A stretch of DNA of 61,660 nt from Bacteroidota bacterium (GCA_947456185.1 CANGPW010000004.1:1-61660), one strand, 5' to 3'; counted from the first letter of the stretch, positions 48,858 to 59,526 are shown. Numbers and translations: made by a program. Notes: generated from the letters alone by a model not told the origin.

Positions 48858-50765
48858 ATGAGTAAAATAATAGGCATAGATTTAGGAACAACAAACTCTT
48901 GCGTTGCAGTAATGGAAGGCAACGAACCAGTAGTTATTGCTAACAGCGAAGGACGTAGAACAACTCCATCGATTGTAGCATTTATTAAAGATGGTGAACG
49001 TAAAATTGGAGACCCTGCAAAACGTCAGGCAGTTACTAATCCAAAAAACACCATTTCATCCATCAAACGTTTCATGGGTAACACCTACGACCAAGTTTCA
49101 AAAGAAATTAGTCGCATGTCGTACACGGTAAAAAAAGGTGATAACAACACACCTCGTGTAGAAATTGATGGTAGATTATATACACCTCAAGAACTTTCAG
49201 CAATGATTTTGCAAAAAATGAAAAAAACTGCTGAAGATTATTTAGGGTATGAAGTAAAAGAAGCTGTAATTACCGTTCCTGCATACTTTAACGATGCACA
49301 ACGCCAAGCTACTAAAGAAGCTGGAGAAATAGCTGGTTTAACTGTAAAACGTATCATTAACGAACCAACTGCAGCTGCTTTGGCTTATGGTTTAGACAAA
49401 ACTTCAAAGAAAGATACTAAAGTAGTAGTTTTCGATTGTGGTGGTGGAACGCATGACGTTTCGGTTTTAGAAATGTATGATGTGGATGGAACTGGAACTT
49501 TTGAGGTTAAAAGTACTGATGGCGATACGCACTTAGGTGGTGACGATTTTGATCACGTATTAATTGATTATTTAGCTGACGAATTTAAAAACGATGAAGG
49601 CATAGATTTACGCAAAGACCCAATGGCTTTACAACGTTTGAAAGAAGCTGCTGAAAAAGCAAAAATTGAACTTTCAAGTTCAACTCAAACTGAAGTAAAT
49701 TTACCTTATATTATTCCTGTAGACGGAATTCCTAAGCATTTAGTAAAAACAATTACCCGTGCTAAATTTGAACAATTAGCTGATAGTTTGATTAAACGTA
49801 CCATTGAGCCATGTAAAACTGCTTTGAAAAATGCAGGTTACAGCATTAGTGATATCGATGAAATTATATTAGTAGGTGGTTCCACTCGTATCCCTGCCAT
49901 TCAAGAAGCAGTAGAAAAATTCTTTGGAAAAGCTGCATCTAAAGGAGTAAATCCTGATGAAGTAGTGGCCATTGGTGCTGCCATTCAAGGTGGAGTTTTA
50001 ACAGGAGAAGTAAAAGATGTATTGTTATTAGATGTAACTCCTTTAAGTTTAGGAATTGAAACTATGGGTGGTGTGTTTACTAAATTAATAGATGCAAACA
50101 CCACTATTCCAACTAAAAAATCGGAATCATTTAGTACTGCTAGCGATAACCAACCAAGTGTTGAAATACATGTATTACAAGGCGAACGCCCGATGGCAGC
50201 TCAAAACAGAAGTTTAGGTCGTTTCCATTTAGATGGTATTCCTCCTGCACCTCGTGGAGTTCCTCAGGTAGAAGTTATATTTGACATTGATGCCAATGGT
50301 ATATTGCACGTAAGTGCAAAAGATAAAGGCACAGGAAAAGAACAAAAAATTAGAATTGAAGCATCATCGGGATTAAGTGATGACGATATTAAACGCATGA
50401 GAGCTGAAGCTGAAGCAAATGCTGACGCGGATAAACTAGCAAAAGAAGAAGCAGAAAAAATTAACATGGCTGATAGCTTAATATTCCAAACTGAAAAACA
50501 GATCAAAGAATATGGCGAAAAAATTCCTGTTGAGAAAAAAGAAGCAATCGAAAAAGGTTTAGAAGAATTGAAAGCTGCTCACACAGCAAAAGATTTACCT
50601 AGAATAGATGCTGCTTTAGAAGCACTAAATACTGCTTGGGCTGCTGCTAGTGAAGATATGTACAAAGCTACTCAAAACGAGCAACCAACAGAAGGCGAAC
50701 CAAATGCTGATGCTGGTGCAACTGATAGCAATACAGAAGATGCTACTTTTGAAGAAGTAAAATAA
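48858..50765 (+). CDS. dnaK: Chaperone DnaK (Hsp70)
   Basis: [55 protein letters not shown]. Confidence 0.99.
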   Translation: MSKIIGIDLGTTNSCVAVMEGNEPVVIANSEGRRTTPSIVAFIKDGERKIGDPAKRQAVTNPKNTISSIKRFMGNTYDQVSKEISRMSYTVKKGDNNTPRVEIDGRLYTPQELSAMILQKMKKTAEDYLGYEVKEAVITVPAYFNDAQRQATKEAGEIAGLTVKRIINEPTAAALAYGLDKTSKKDTKVVVFDCGGGTHDVSVLEMYDVDGTGTFEVKSTDGDTHLGGDDFDHVLIDYLADEFKNDEGIDLRKDPMALQRLKEAAEKAKIELSSSTQTEVNLPYIIPVDGIPKHLVKTITRAKFEQLADSLIKRTIEPCKTALKNAGYSISDIDEIILVGGSTRIPAIQEAVEKFFGKAASKGVNPDEVVAIGAAIQGGVLTGEVKDVLLLDVTPLSLGIETMGGVFTKLIDANTTIPTKKSESFSTASDNQPSVEIHVLQGERPMAAQNRSLGRFHLDGIPPAPRGVPQVEVIFDIDANGILHVSAKDKGTGKEQKIRIEASSGLSDDDIKRMRAEAEANADADKLAKEEAEKINMADSLIFQTEKQIKEYGEKIPVEKKEAIEKGLEELKAAHTAKDLPRIDAALEALNTAWAAASEDMYKATQNEQPTEGEPNADAGATDSNTEDATFEEVK

Positions 50766-50785
50766 TCAATAGTTTTATTAAGTAT

Positions 50786-50821
50786 AAAAAACCAAGAGTT
50801 TAATTACTCTTGGTTTTTTTT
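50786..50821 (+). terminator. Intrinsic terminator after dnaK
   Basis: AAAAAACCAAGAGT-TTAATT-ACTCTTGGTTTTTTTT. Confidence 0.9.
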
Positions 50822-50931
50822 GTTCTTAACAAAAGTACATCCTCCATTGTTGGAACTATCATAGGCGAATTGATTAAAACAATTAGTAATTTGAAAATTA
50901 CTTTTACTATATTTGAATTTTAAAAATAAAC

Positions 50932-51168
50932 ATGACCATTACCGCGCTCAAAAAAGAACTTTATAAAACAATAGATGCTATTGAAGACAATGCTATCTTG
51001 GAGGCTGTTTACACCATTTTAAAACCAAAAAGTGTAACAAAAAAAGTGATGGTTCCAATGAGCAAAACAGAATTTTTAAATAGAAATGCAGCATCTCAAA
51101 AAGACATAGAAAACGGAAACTTAATTAGTCATAAAGCTTTAAAAAAGCAATTTGCTAAAACAAAGTGA
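50932..51168 (+). CDS. Putative antitoxin
   Basis: 78 aa; C-terminal SQKDIENGNLISH addiction-module-like motif; 4-nt GTGA overlap with toxin; TATATTTG at 50908-15. Confidence 0.7.
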   Translation: MTITALKKELYKTIDAIEDNAILEAVYTILKPKSVTKKVMVPMSKTEFLNRNAASQKDIENGNLISHKALKKQFAKTK

Positions 51169-51488
51169 AAAAGTTAAACATTTTATGGACTGCATTTGCA
51201 TCTAATTGCCTATTGGAAATTCATGAATATTTATTGGAAGAAACTAAATCAGAGACTATAGCTAATAATTATTGCAATAAATTAATAGAAAGTGTTGAGT
51301 ATTTATCTACTCAACCTGAAGCTGGTCAAATAGAACATTTATTACATAAATTAGGTCAAAACAGTAGGTATATTATTGAAGGAAATTATAAAATAATATA
51401 TGAATATAATGAAAAACAAATTATCATTACTGACCTATTTCATACCAAGCAAAATCCTTCAAAAATATTTACACGAAATAAAAAATGA
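51165..51488 (+). CDS. RelE/ParE-family type II toxin
   Basis: ILWTAFA..L.EI.EYL, L.TQPEAG, YKIIYE, I.DLFHTKQNP. Confidence 0.85.
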   Translation: MKKLNILWTAFASNCLLEIHEYLLEETKSETIANNYCNKLIESVEYLSTQPEAGQIEHLLHKLGQNSRYIIEGNYKIIYEYNEKQIIITDLFHTKQNPSKIFTRNKK

Positions 51489-51554
51489 GGTTTAAAAAAA
51501 CTTCTATAATAAAAGCCAATCGTAAACTTATCTTTGTTGTTTAACAAAACATCC

Positions 51555-52697
51555 ATGTCATTTAATTCCCTCGGTTTATCTCGCGATTTATTATATGCTT
51601 TAGAAAAGCAATTTTATACCCAACCATACCCTATTCAAGAACAAGCAATTCCTGAAATTTTAAAAGGGAATGATATTCTTGGAATAGCTCAAACAGGATC
51701 AGGAAAAACAGCCAGTTTTGTAGTGCCTATTTTACAGTTATTGCAAAGCAAACCAATTCCTAAAAATAGACATATTAATACGCTGGTGCTTGTTCCTACA
51801 AGAGAATTAGCCATTCAAGTTGAAAAAGTTTTTAAGGCATTTAGTAGTTTAATGGAACAAAAAATTAAATCGTTAGCGGTTTATGGTGGCGTGTCTATTA
51901 ATCCTCAAATGATACAATTACAAGGTGTAGAAATATTAGTGGCCACACCAGGCAGATTATTAGAATTAGTAGCTAACAATTCAGTATTTTTAACTGATGT
52001 TTCAGTTTTGGTTTTAGACGAAGCAGATAAAATGTTAAATCTAGGTTTTAAAGAAGAAATGGGAAATATTTTAAAATTACTTCCTAAAAAGCGCCAAAAC
52101 CTTTTATTTTCTGCCACCTTAGGAAGTGATATTACTTCATTTACCGATGTACTTTTAAATAACCCTGTAAAAATTGTAATAGAACAAGAATCCCAAAACT
52201 TAGATTTAATTACTCAATTAGCTTATTCAGTGGAAGAAAATAGAAAAGGTCCATTATTGCGATATTTAATAAACACGCATGAAATGAAACAAGTATTGGT
52301 TTTTACGTCATCAGTATTTAGGTCAGATGCGGTGGTTAATAAACTAATTGATAACGGCTATACAGCAACAGCAATGCACAGTAAAAAAAGCCAAGGAGGA
52401 AGAGAAGATGCCTTACGTAAATTTAAAAATGGTGAAGTACAAATTTTAGTAGCCACCGATTTAATGAGCCGAGGTATTGATATTCCTTTTTTGCCTTTTG
52501 TTATAAACTATGAATTACCCCGATCACCAAAGGATTATATTCATAGGATAGGAAGAACTGGAAGAGCTGAAAACGCGGGAACTGCTATTAGTTTAGTGAA
52601 TGAAGAAGAAAAGCATCATTTTGGAGTAATACAAAAAAAGATGAAGAAACAAGTAGCATTGATTCCTTCAGATGAAATTGACCTGAAAGGTTATTAA
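51555..52697 (+). CDS. DEAD-box RNA helicase (RhlE-like)
   Basis: Q motif, AQTGSGKT, PTRELA, TPGRL, DEAD, SAT, HRIGRTGRA; start MSFNS, TATCTTTG at 51529-36. Confidence 0.95.
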   Translation: MSFNSLGLSRDLLYALEKQFYTQPYPIQEQAIPEILKGNDILGIAQTGSGKTASFVVPILQLLQSKPIPKNRHINTLVLVPTRELAIQVEKVFKAFSSLMEQKIKSLAVYGGVSINPQMIQLQGVEILVATPGRLLELVANNSVFLTDVSVLVLDEADKMLNLGFKEEMGNILKLLPKKRQNLLFSATLGSDITSFTDVLLNNPVKIVIEQESQNLDLITQLAYSVEENRKGPLLRYLINTHEMKQVLVFTSSVFRSDAVVNKLIDNGYTATAMHSKKSQGGREDALRKFKNGEVQILVATDLMSRGIDIPFLPFVINYELPRSPKDYIHRIGRTGRAENAGTAISLVNEEEKHHFGVIQKKMKKQVALIPSDEIDLKGY

Positions 52698-52699
52698 AC

Positions 52700-52736
52700 A
52701 AAAAAACGGCAAGTAAAATATATTACTTGCCGTTTT
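52700..52736. terminator. Bidirectional terminator between helicase and atpG
   Basis: AAAACGGCAAGTAA-AATATA-TTACTTGCCGTTTT. Confidence 0.85.
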
Positions 52737-52759
52737 ATTATATTATTATTGTATAAAAA

Positions 52760-53641
52760 CTAAGAACTTAAAGCCGCTGCACCACCAACAATTTCTGAAA
52801 TTTCAGTGGTAATGGCTGCTTGACGAACTCGGTTATATTCTACTTTTAATGATTTTAATAATTCACCAGCATTATCAGTAGCTTTGTCCATTGCAATCAT
52901 CCTTGCACCATGTTCTGAAGCTAAAGAATCTAACATTGATTTTAAAACTTGTGTTTTTAAAATTCTAGGTATTAATTCCAATAATATTTCTTCTTTGTTT
53001 GGTTCAAACAAATAGTCATTTTTTACACCTGAATTTGCAGTTAAACTAGTTGTATCAATTGGTAAGAATTGCTCTGCACTTAAAATTTGTGTAGCGGCAT
53101 TTTTAAACTGATTATAAACTATTTCTACAGCGTCAAATTTTCCTGCTTTAAAATTACTCAAAATGTATTCACCAATGGCAAATCCAGTTTCAGCATTTGC
53201 GGTAAGCAATGATTCTTTGAAATTATCAATGTAATTTACTGGTTGTTTTGAGAAATATTCATGGCCTTTTTTACCAATTCCCATTACACTGATTCCGCCA
53301 TTAGCTTTTTGAGTTGGGTATTTGTCTGCAATGGTTTTGTTTGCCATTTTTATTACATTGGCATTAAACGAACCACACAAACCTCTATCGCTAGTAATTA
53401 CTACTATTAATACATTTTTTATTGGCCTAGCATCAAAATATACTTTTAATGAATCAACATCAATGCTATCAGACAAATTGCTTAAAATACCATTTAACTT
53501 AGCTGCATAAGGGCGCATTAAGGTAATGGCATTTTGGGCTCTTCTTAACTTAGTAGCCGAAACCAATTTCATGGCTTTGGTTATCTGTTGTGTGGAAGTA
53601 ACCGATGCTATTCTTATTCTAACTTCTTTTAAATTTGCCAT
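52760..53641 (-). CDS. atpG: F1 ATP synthase gamma subunit
   Basis: QITKAMKLVS, SDRGLCGSFN, SEHGARMIAMDKATDNA, RQAAITTEISEIVGG. Confidence 0.98.
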   Translation of the reverse strand: MANLKEVRIRIASVTSTQQITKAMKLVSATKLRRAQNAITLMRPYAAKLNGILSNLSDSIDVDSLKVYFDARPIKNVLIVVITSDRGLCGSFNANVIKMANKTIADKYPTQKANGGISVMGIGKKGHEYFSKQPVNYIDNFKESLLTANAETGFAIGEYILSNFKAGKFDAVEIVYNQFKNAATQILSAEQFLPIDTTSLTANSGVKNDYLFEPNKEEILLELIPRILKTQVLKSMLDSLASEHGARMIAMDKATDNAGELLKSLKVEYNRVRQAAITTEISEIVGGAAALSS

Positions 53642-53644
53642 TTT

Positions 53645-53715
53645 TCAATTAGGTGATTGGTTAATAAGTTGATTGGTTAATAAAGTAAAAACCTATTAAC
53701 AAATCAACCTATCAA
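53645..53715. repeat. Head-to-head 8-mer arrays (TTGATTGG-type) in the atpA-atpG spacer
   Basis: tcaattag gtgattgg ttaataag ttgattgg ttaataaa ... cctattaa caaatcaa cctatcaa. Confidence 0.8.
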
Positions 53716-53728
53716 CTTTTTACTATTA

Positions 53729-55306
53729 TTAACCTACGTATTTTGCTGATAATTCTTTACAAACTTTTTCAAGAACTGCAGAAGCATCATCTGATAAACC
53801 TTTTTTCAAATCGTCTAAAGTGTTTTTATGTTTATTTTCCATATAACTTAAAAACTCTGCTTCAAACTCACGAACTTTATTTACAGGAACATTTGATAAC
53901 AAACCTTTAGTTCCTAAATAAATAATTGCAACTTGTTGATCTACGCGTAAAGGAGAAAACTGACCTTGTTTCAAAATTTCAACATTACGAGCACCTTTTG
54001 CTAAAACAGCTTTAGTTGCAGCGTCTAAGTCAGAACCAAATTTAGAGAAAGCTTCTAACTCGCGGTATTGCGCTTGATCTAATTTTAAAGTTCCGGCAAC
54101 TTTTTTCATTGATTTAATTTGAGCATTACCACCCACACGCGATACCGAAATACCTACGTTAATAGCTGGACGAATTCCTGAGTTAAATAAATTTGACTCT
54201 AAGAAAATTTGTCCGTCAGTAATAGAAATTACGTTAGTTGGAATGTATGCAGATACGTCACCAGCTTGCGTTTCAATAATTGGTAAAGCAGTTAATGAAC
54301 CACCACCTTTAACCAAATGCTTAATTGAATCTGGAATATCATTCATTGCTTGTGCAATAGAATCAGTAGCGTTAATTTTAGCAGCACGCTCTAATAAACG
54401 AGAGTGAAGATAAAACACATCACCAGGATAAGCTTCACGTCCTGGCGGTCTACGTAATAACAATGAAACTTCGCGGTAAGCTACAGCTTGTTTCGATAAA
54501 TCGTCATAGACTACTAAGGCTGGATTTCCTAAATCACGGAAAAACTCACCAATTGCAGCACCAGCCATTGGAGCATAAAACTGCATTGGAGCTGGATCTG
54601 CAGAAGTTGCAGATACAATAGTGGTATATTTCATTGCTCCATTAGCTTCTAAAGTACTTACAATTTGTGCAACTGTAGATGCTTTTTGACCAATAGCAAC
54701 GTATATACAATATACAGGGTTACCTGCTTCAAAAAATTCTTTTTGATTGATAATGGCATCAATACAAACGGCAGTTTTACCAGTTTGACGATCACCAATA
54801 ACTAATTCACGTTGACCACGTCCAATAGGAATCATTGCATCAATAGCTTTGATACCAGTTTGTAAAGGTTCTTTTACAGGCTCACGATAAATAACCCCAG
54901 GAGCTTTACGTTCCAAAGGCATTTCGTATAAATCACCAGCAATAGGTCCTTTACCATCAATAGGCAAACCTAATGTATTCACTACACGACCAACCATTCC
55001 TGGTCCTACTTTAATAGAAGCAATTCTACCAGTTCTTTTAACTGTATCACCTTCTATAATTGAATCGCTTGAGCCTAATAATACAGCTCCAACGTTATCT
55101 TCTTCCAAATTTAATACAATTGCTTGTACTCCATTTGCAAATTCAATTAACTCTCCAGATTGAACTTTAGTTAATCCATAAATGCGGGCAATTCCATCGC
55201 CCACTTGAAGTACTGTTCCTACTTCTTGTAATTCTGCATCTGTTTTAAAGTTGCTTAATTGCTCTCTGATAATTGCTGATACTTCGTCAGGTCTAATCTC
55301 TACCAT
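53729..55306 (-). CDS. atpA: F1 ATP synthase alpha subunit
   Basis: [46 protein letters not shown]. Confidence 0.99.
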   Translation of the reverse strand: MVEIRPDEVSAIIREQLSNFKTDAELQEVGTVLQVGDGIARIYGLTKVQSGELIEFANGVQAIVLNLEEDNVGAVLLGSSDSIIEGDTVKRTGRIASIKVGPGMVGRVVNTLGLPIDGKGPIAGDLYEMPLERKAPGVIYREPVKEPLQTGIKAIDAMIPIGRGQRELVIGDRQTGKTAVCIDAIINQKEFFEAGNPVYCIYVAIGQKASTVAQIVSTLEANGAMKYTTIVSATSADPAPMQFYAPMAGAAIGEFFRDLGNPALVVYDDLSKQAVAYREVSLLLRRPPGREAYPGDVFYLHSRLLERAAKINATDSIAQAMNDIPDSIKHLVKGGGSLTALPIIETQAGDVSAYIPTNVISITDGQIFLESNLFNSGIRPAINVGISVSRVGGNAQIKSMKKVAGTLKLDQAQYRELEAFSKFGSDLDAATKAVLAKGARNVEILKQGQFSPLRVDQQVAIIYLGTKGLLSNVPVNKVREFEAEFLSYMENKHKNTLDDLKKGLSDDASAVLEKVCKELSAKYVG

Positions 55307-55319
55307 AATAATTTTTTGT

Positions 55320-55871
55320 TTATTTTGAGATATATGTGTTTAATAACTGTTGTTTAGCTTTACGTAATTTACCAGAAATACTTGCATCATACAAACGGTC
55401 TTCCATTTGAATCATTAATCCACCAATTAAAGATGAATCTACAAGCATTTTTAGTTCTACGTTTTTACCGCTTTGATGTTGTAAAAAGTTTTGAATTTCA
55501 GCTTTAATTTCAGCTGATGCTGCTGTAGCAGTTTTTACTGTTGCAGTAGCAATTTTATTAATTTCGTTATATTGAGCAATGAAAGCTTCACAAATAGTAA
55601 CTAAAACCATTTCACGTTGTTTACGTGTAATGATAGCTACAAATGAAATAGTTAATTTATTGAACGAACTAGCAAATATTTGAGTAATAACTGCCATTTT
55701 TTTATCGCCTTTAATCACTGGACTTTTAAGCAAGTTTTCTAAAGCATTATTTTCTTCAATAGTATGTTTCAATAATTTAATATCGGCACATATTACATCC
55801 AAAATATTTTGTTCTGTTGCTAAATCAATTAATGATTTGGCATAACGACTGGCTACTCTATAATCTGACAT
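55320..55871 (-). CDS. atpH: ATP synthase delta subunit
   Basis: [31 protein letters not shown]. Confidence 0.95.
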   Translation of the reverse strand: MSDYRVASRYAKSLIDLATEQNILDVICADIKLLKHTIEENNALENLLKSPVIKGDKKMAVITQIFASSFNKLTISFVAIITRKQREMVLVTICEAFIAQYNEINKIATATVKTATAASAEIKAEIQNFLQHQSGKNVELKMLVDSSLIGGLMIQMEDRLYDASISGKLRKAKQQLLNTYISK

Positions 55872-55875
55872 ATGA

Positions 55876-56370
55876 TTAGTTCAGTGTTATATTTTTTAAA
55901 CTATCATTTACAAAAACCTCTTGTTGGCTTCTGTCTTCCATTTTCTTACGAAGTATTTTTTCAGCTAAGTCAACTGTAAGCACAGCAACTTGAGTTTTCA
56001 ACTGATTCATGGCGTTTACTTTTTCCATTTCAATTGCTTCTTTGGCTGCAGCTATCATCTTGTCACCTTCACTTTTGGCATCACCTTTAGCTTTCGCTAA
56101 AATTTGATCCTTAATTTCGTTGGCTTCTTTCAATAACTTATCACGTTCAACACGTGCTTCATTTAAAAGACGTTGATTGTCATTTTTTAAACTTTCTAAT
56201 TGTTTACGAGCAATTTCGGCAGACTTTAAAGCCTCATCAATGCTATCTTCTCTTTCTTTTAAAGCCTGTGTAATTGGTTTCCAAGCAAATTTACCTAATA
56301 CAAATAATAGGATAAAAAAAGCCAAAGCACTCCAAAATAACAAACCAATACTTGGGGTTACTAATTCCAT
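55876..56370 (-). CDS. atpF: ATP synthase b subunit
   Basis: PSIGLLFW, KFAWKPI, ERE..I; long coiled coil. Confidence 0.95.
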   Translation of the reverse strand: MELVTPSIGLLFWSALAFFILLFVLGKFAWKPITQALKEREDSIDEALKSAEIARKQLESLKNDNQRLLNEARVERDKLLKEANEIKDQILAKAKGDAKSEGDKMIAAAKEAIEMEKVNAMNQLKTQVAVLTVDLAEKILRKKMEDRSQQEVFVNDSLKNITLN

Positions 56371-56451
56371 TGTATGATAATTTTTTTTAGTTTTTAAATA
56401 AAATAAAGCCCGATTTTTTATTTAACCGGGCTTCTTGTAGAAAATGGAAAA

Positions 56452-56673
<222 letters not shown>

Positions 56674-56712
56674 TTAGTTTAGTTTAAAATTTTAAAATTT
56701 ATTTATTGTTTA

Positions 56713-57858
56713 TTAGTGATGTGCTTCTTCTGATTCAATATTTACAGCCATTCCGATAAATAATGCCGATAAGATTGTAAATATAAAAGCTTGTAAAAAA
56801 GCAACCAATAATTCAATAGCACTGATAAATACAATAAGCGGTGTAGTTGCAAAACCAACAGCAAACGATTTAAATAATATAGCTAAGCATACTAAGCTTA
56901 ATACCAAAATGTGACCTGCAGTAATATTCGCAAATAAACGAATCATTAGTGCAAAAGGTTTTGTAAATATTCCAATTATTTCAACAGGTATCATTAATGG
57001 ATATAACCACAATGGTACATGAGGAAGAAAAATATGTTTCCAATAAGCTTTTTTAGCATTGATATTAGTTAAAACAAATGTAATAACAGAAAGAATCATG
57101 GTTACTGCAATATTTCCCGTAACATTTGCTCCACCTGGAAAGAACGGTATTAAACCCAACATATTATTAAACCATATAAAGAAAAATACTGTTAATAAAT
57201 AAGGCATGTATTTATTGGTATGTTTTCCTAAGTTAGGTGCAGCTATGTCATCTCTAACAAATAAAATTATTGGTTCTAACCAACTTTGAATTCCTTTTGG
57301 AGCGCCAATTCCTCTTTTAGCATAACCGTTGGCAACTGTTAAAAAAATTAACATTAAACCAAATACACTGATTAATAAAGTTGCAACATTTTTGGTAATT
57401 GAAAAATCTAATACTTTAATATCAGATAAAACATTTCCATTTTCATCCACTGCATGAATTTTTTCATGTTCAATTTTGTATGAATATTTTCCAATATAAA
57501 TATCATGCCCATGATTAAATTTTCCACTTGAAAAAACATCTAAACCTTTATCTGTATATAATATAACTGGTAAATGAATGCTTGTATGACCCCACAAATG
57601 CCAATCATGCGCATCTGCAACGTGTTCCATGATGGTTTTATTGATATCAAATTTTTCTTCCCCATGATTTTCAGGTGAAATATTTTCTGAAGCTTCTGAT
57701 GAATGGATTGTTGCTGTTTCTATTTTAGAAGAATCAGTTGCTGAAGAACTAGTGGTGTGATTTGCAAATGAAAATATTGAAACGAATGAAAATACAATCG
57801 TTAAAATTAGTGTTTTTAGGCTATAGTATGTTGATTTAAAATTATTTATATGAGTCAT
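56713..57858 (-). CDS. atpB: ATP synthase a subunit with N-terminal extracytoplasmic extension
   Basis: HVADAHDWH, DFSITKNV, NNMLGLIP, RLFANITAGH, ELLVAFLQAFIF; start 57858 or 57870. Confidence 0.95.
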   Translation of the reverse strand: MTHINNFKSTYYSLKTLILTIVFSFVSIFSFANHTTSSSATDSSKIETATIHSSEASENISPENHGEEKFDINKTIMEHVADAHDWHLWGHTSIHLPVILYTDKGLDVFSSGKFNHGHDIYIGKYSYKIEHEKIHAVDENGNVLSDIKVLDFSITKNVATLLISVFGLMLIFLTVANGYAKRGIGAPKGIQSWLEPIILFVRDDIAAPNLGKHTNKYMPYLLTVFFFIWFNNMLGLIPFFPGGANVTGNIAVTMILSVITFVLTNINAKKAYWKHIFLPHVPLWLYPLMIPVEIIGIFTKPFALMIRLFANITAGHILVLSLVCLAILFKSFAVGFATTPLIVFISAIELLVAFLQAFIFTILSALFIGMAVNIESEEAHH

Positions 57859-58258
57859 TTGGTTCTTCATTTCTTGCTGAATCGGTGCGCAATTTAGTAG
57901 TAAGATTATAAATTTCAAACACAATAAATAAAATAAAAAGCAACATAAAGTAAAAAATGAAAGTTATTTGATAATTTTTATGTGTTAAAGCATAATACAA
58001 AACATAAATTAAACCACTTAAAAACCTGATTGCTAAGGCAGCATACGAGTAAATTACAAATTGTTGTGGTCCCCTTTTCAATCCCAAATAACTGATATAA
58101 AACACTAAACAAGTTAGTATGCAAAAAAAACAAATCGTTTTAACTACATCTGATTTGTTCAGATCAAGTTTGAAATAATCAATGGCATAAAAAGTTCCTA
58201 AGCCTATAAAAATACTTAAACCTATACTTAGTAAAAAAAAAGGGAGCACTATCTTCAT
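57842..58258 (-). CDS. Four-TM membrane protein, AtpI-like
   Basis: Four hydrophobic helices; directly upstream of and overlapping atpB. Confidence 0.65.
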   Translation of the reverse strand: MKIVLPFFLLSIGLSIFIGLGTFYAIDYFKLDLNKSDVVKTICFFCILTCLVFYISYLGLKRGPQQFVIYSYAALAIRFLSGLIYVLYYALTHKNYQITFIFYFMLLFILFIVFEIYNLTTKLRTDSARNEEPNDSYK

Positions 58259-58264
58259 TTTGAA

Positions 58265-58495
58265 TTATTTATCTTGAGTAAAGTTTTTTATTAAATTGTA
58301 AAATCCTATAGCCATTCCTATAAATACACCAATGATGGTTAAATATGGAACTTTATGAATGTAATGCTTATCGGCCCAATTTCCCAAATAAGTAAAAATT
58401 AGCATAAAAAGGATTATCTGAATTAGCAAGCCTATTATTTTGGAATATTTAGCATACCCATTTTTTAAGTCATTATTTGGTTCAGAATTTGTCAT
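58265..58495 (-). CDS. AtpZ/AtpI (ATPase_gene1) family protein
   Basis: YAKYS..G.QI, YLGNWADK, two TM helices; first gene of operon; TACTTTTG at 58507-14 on minus strand. Confidence 0.8.
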   Translation of the reverse strand: MTNSEPNNDLKNGYAKYSKIIGLLIQIILFMLIFTYLGNWADKHYIHKVPYLTIIGVFIGMAIGFYNLIKNFTQDK

Positions 58496-58553
58496 ATTTG
58501 AATTTGCAAAAGTAATTATTATGGTAAAACAATTATTTATTTAATTTGCGAAC

Positions 58554-58676
58554 ATGAAAATAAATAGAATCCTCATTTATTGTTTACTATCAATGGTACT
58601 TTTAAGTACTGTAACATCATGTTCAAGTAAAAAAGGAATTGCAAGAAATAAAAAATGTAATTGTCCTAAGTTTTAG
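58554..58676 (+). CDS. Small 40-aa lipoprotein with C-terminal CxCP motif (absent from ORF track)
   Basis: MKINRILIYCLLSMVLLSTVTS-CSSKKGIARNKKCNCPKF*; basic N-region, h-region, lipobox; TTAATTTG 5 nt upstream. Confidence 0.75.
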   Translation: MKINRILIYCLLSMVLLSTVTSCSSKKGIARNKKCNCPKF

Positions 58677-58716
58677 CAAAAGGATTTACTATTTATTAAT
58701 ATTTTAAACCTCAAAC

Positions 58717-59526
58717 ATGTCGAATCCATTAATAAGTTTAATAACAGTAACTTTTAACGCTGAGCAATTACTGTCTCAAACTTGGCAATCGGCCATTGAT
58801 CAAACTTACCAAAACTTTGAACTCATATTGATAGATGGAGGTTCAAAAGACAATACCTTACAAGTTGCAAAACAGTTTGAAAATAAAATAGGAACGGTTA
58901 TTTCTGAACCTGATAATGGTATTTACGATGCAATGAACAAAGGAATAAAAGCTGCAAAAGGTGAATGGGTTTACTTTTTAAATGCTGGTGACTCCTTTTA
59001 TAATAAAGAAGTGTTAGCAAGTATTTTTGACAACAAAAATCAGGAGAGTTATGAGCTCATTTATGGAAAAGTACAAACAGTAAATGAACCAACTGGGGTT
59101 AATTATATTAATGGTAAACAGGTAACATTTTCTGATTTTTACTCCCATTATCCTATTTGCCATCAAGCTACATTTACAAATATAAAAGCCTTTGAAAAAA
59201 TTGGTTTTTACAATATTAATTATAAATTGGTATCTGACAATACTTGGTTTGCTTTGTTTTTTAAAAACCAAGCTAATAAAGCCATTTTTATTGATAAAAT
59301 TATTGCCTTTTACGATATTCAAGGGGCTACTTATCATAAGCGAATGAAAGGTTATAAAGAATATATTCATTTTGGATGGGGTAATTTTCCTTTATCTGTG
59401 GCAATAAAAAACTGGATGAAATATCCACTTTTATGGTTAAAAGTAAAATTGATCAGAACTTTTACCAATACTACAATTTTTAAAATCTATAGGAAACTTA
59501 AGTTTGGAAAAAAAGTGGCTGTTTAA
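58717..59526 (+). CDS. Family 2 glycosyltransferase (WcaE/WfgS-like)
   Basis: ISLITVTFN, IDGGSKD, SEPDNGIYDAMNKG, FLNAGD, HQA. Confidence 0.92.
   Translation: MSNPLISLITVTFNAEQLLSQTWQSAIDQTYQNFELILIDGGSKDNTLQVAKQFENKIGTVISEPDNGIYDAMNKGIKAAKGEWVYFLNAGDSFYNKEVLASIFDNKNQESYELIYGKVQTVNEPTGVNYINGKQVTFSDFYSHYPICHQATFTNIKAFEKIGFYNINYKLVSDNTWFALFFKNQANKAIFIDKIIAFYDIQGATYHKRMKGYKEYIHFGWGNFPLSVAIKNWMKYPLLWLKVKLIRTFTNTTIFKIYRKLKFGKKVAV

Noticed and set aside
50826-51500. Genomic island or prophage around the TA pair
   Set aside because: No integrase, att-like repeats or phage genes
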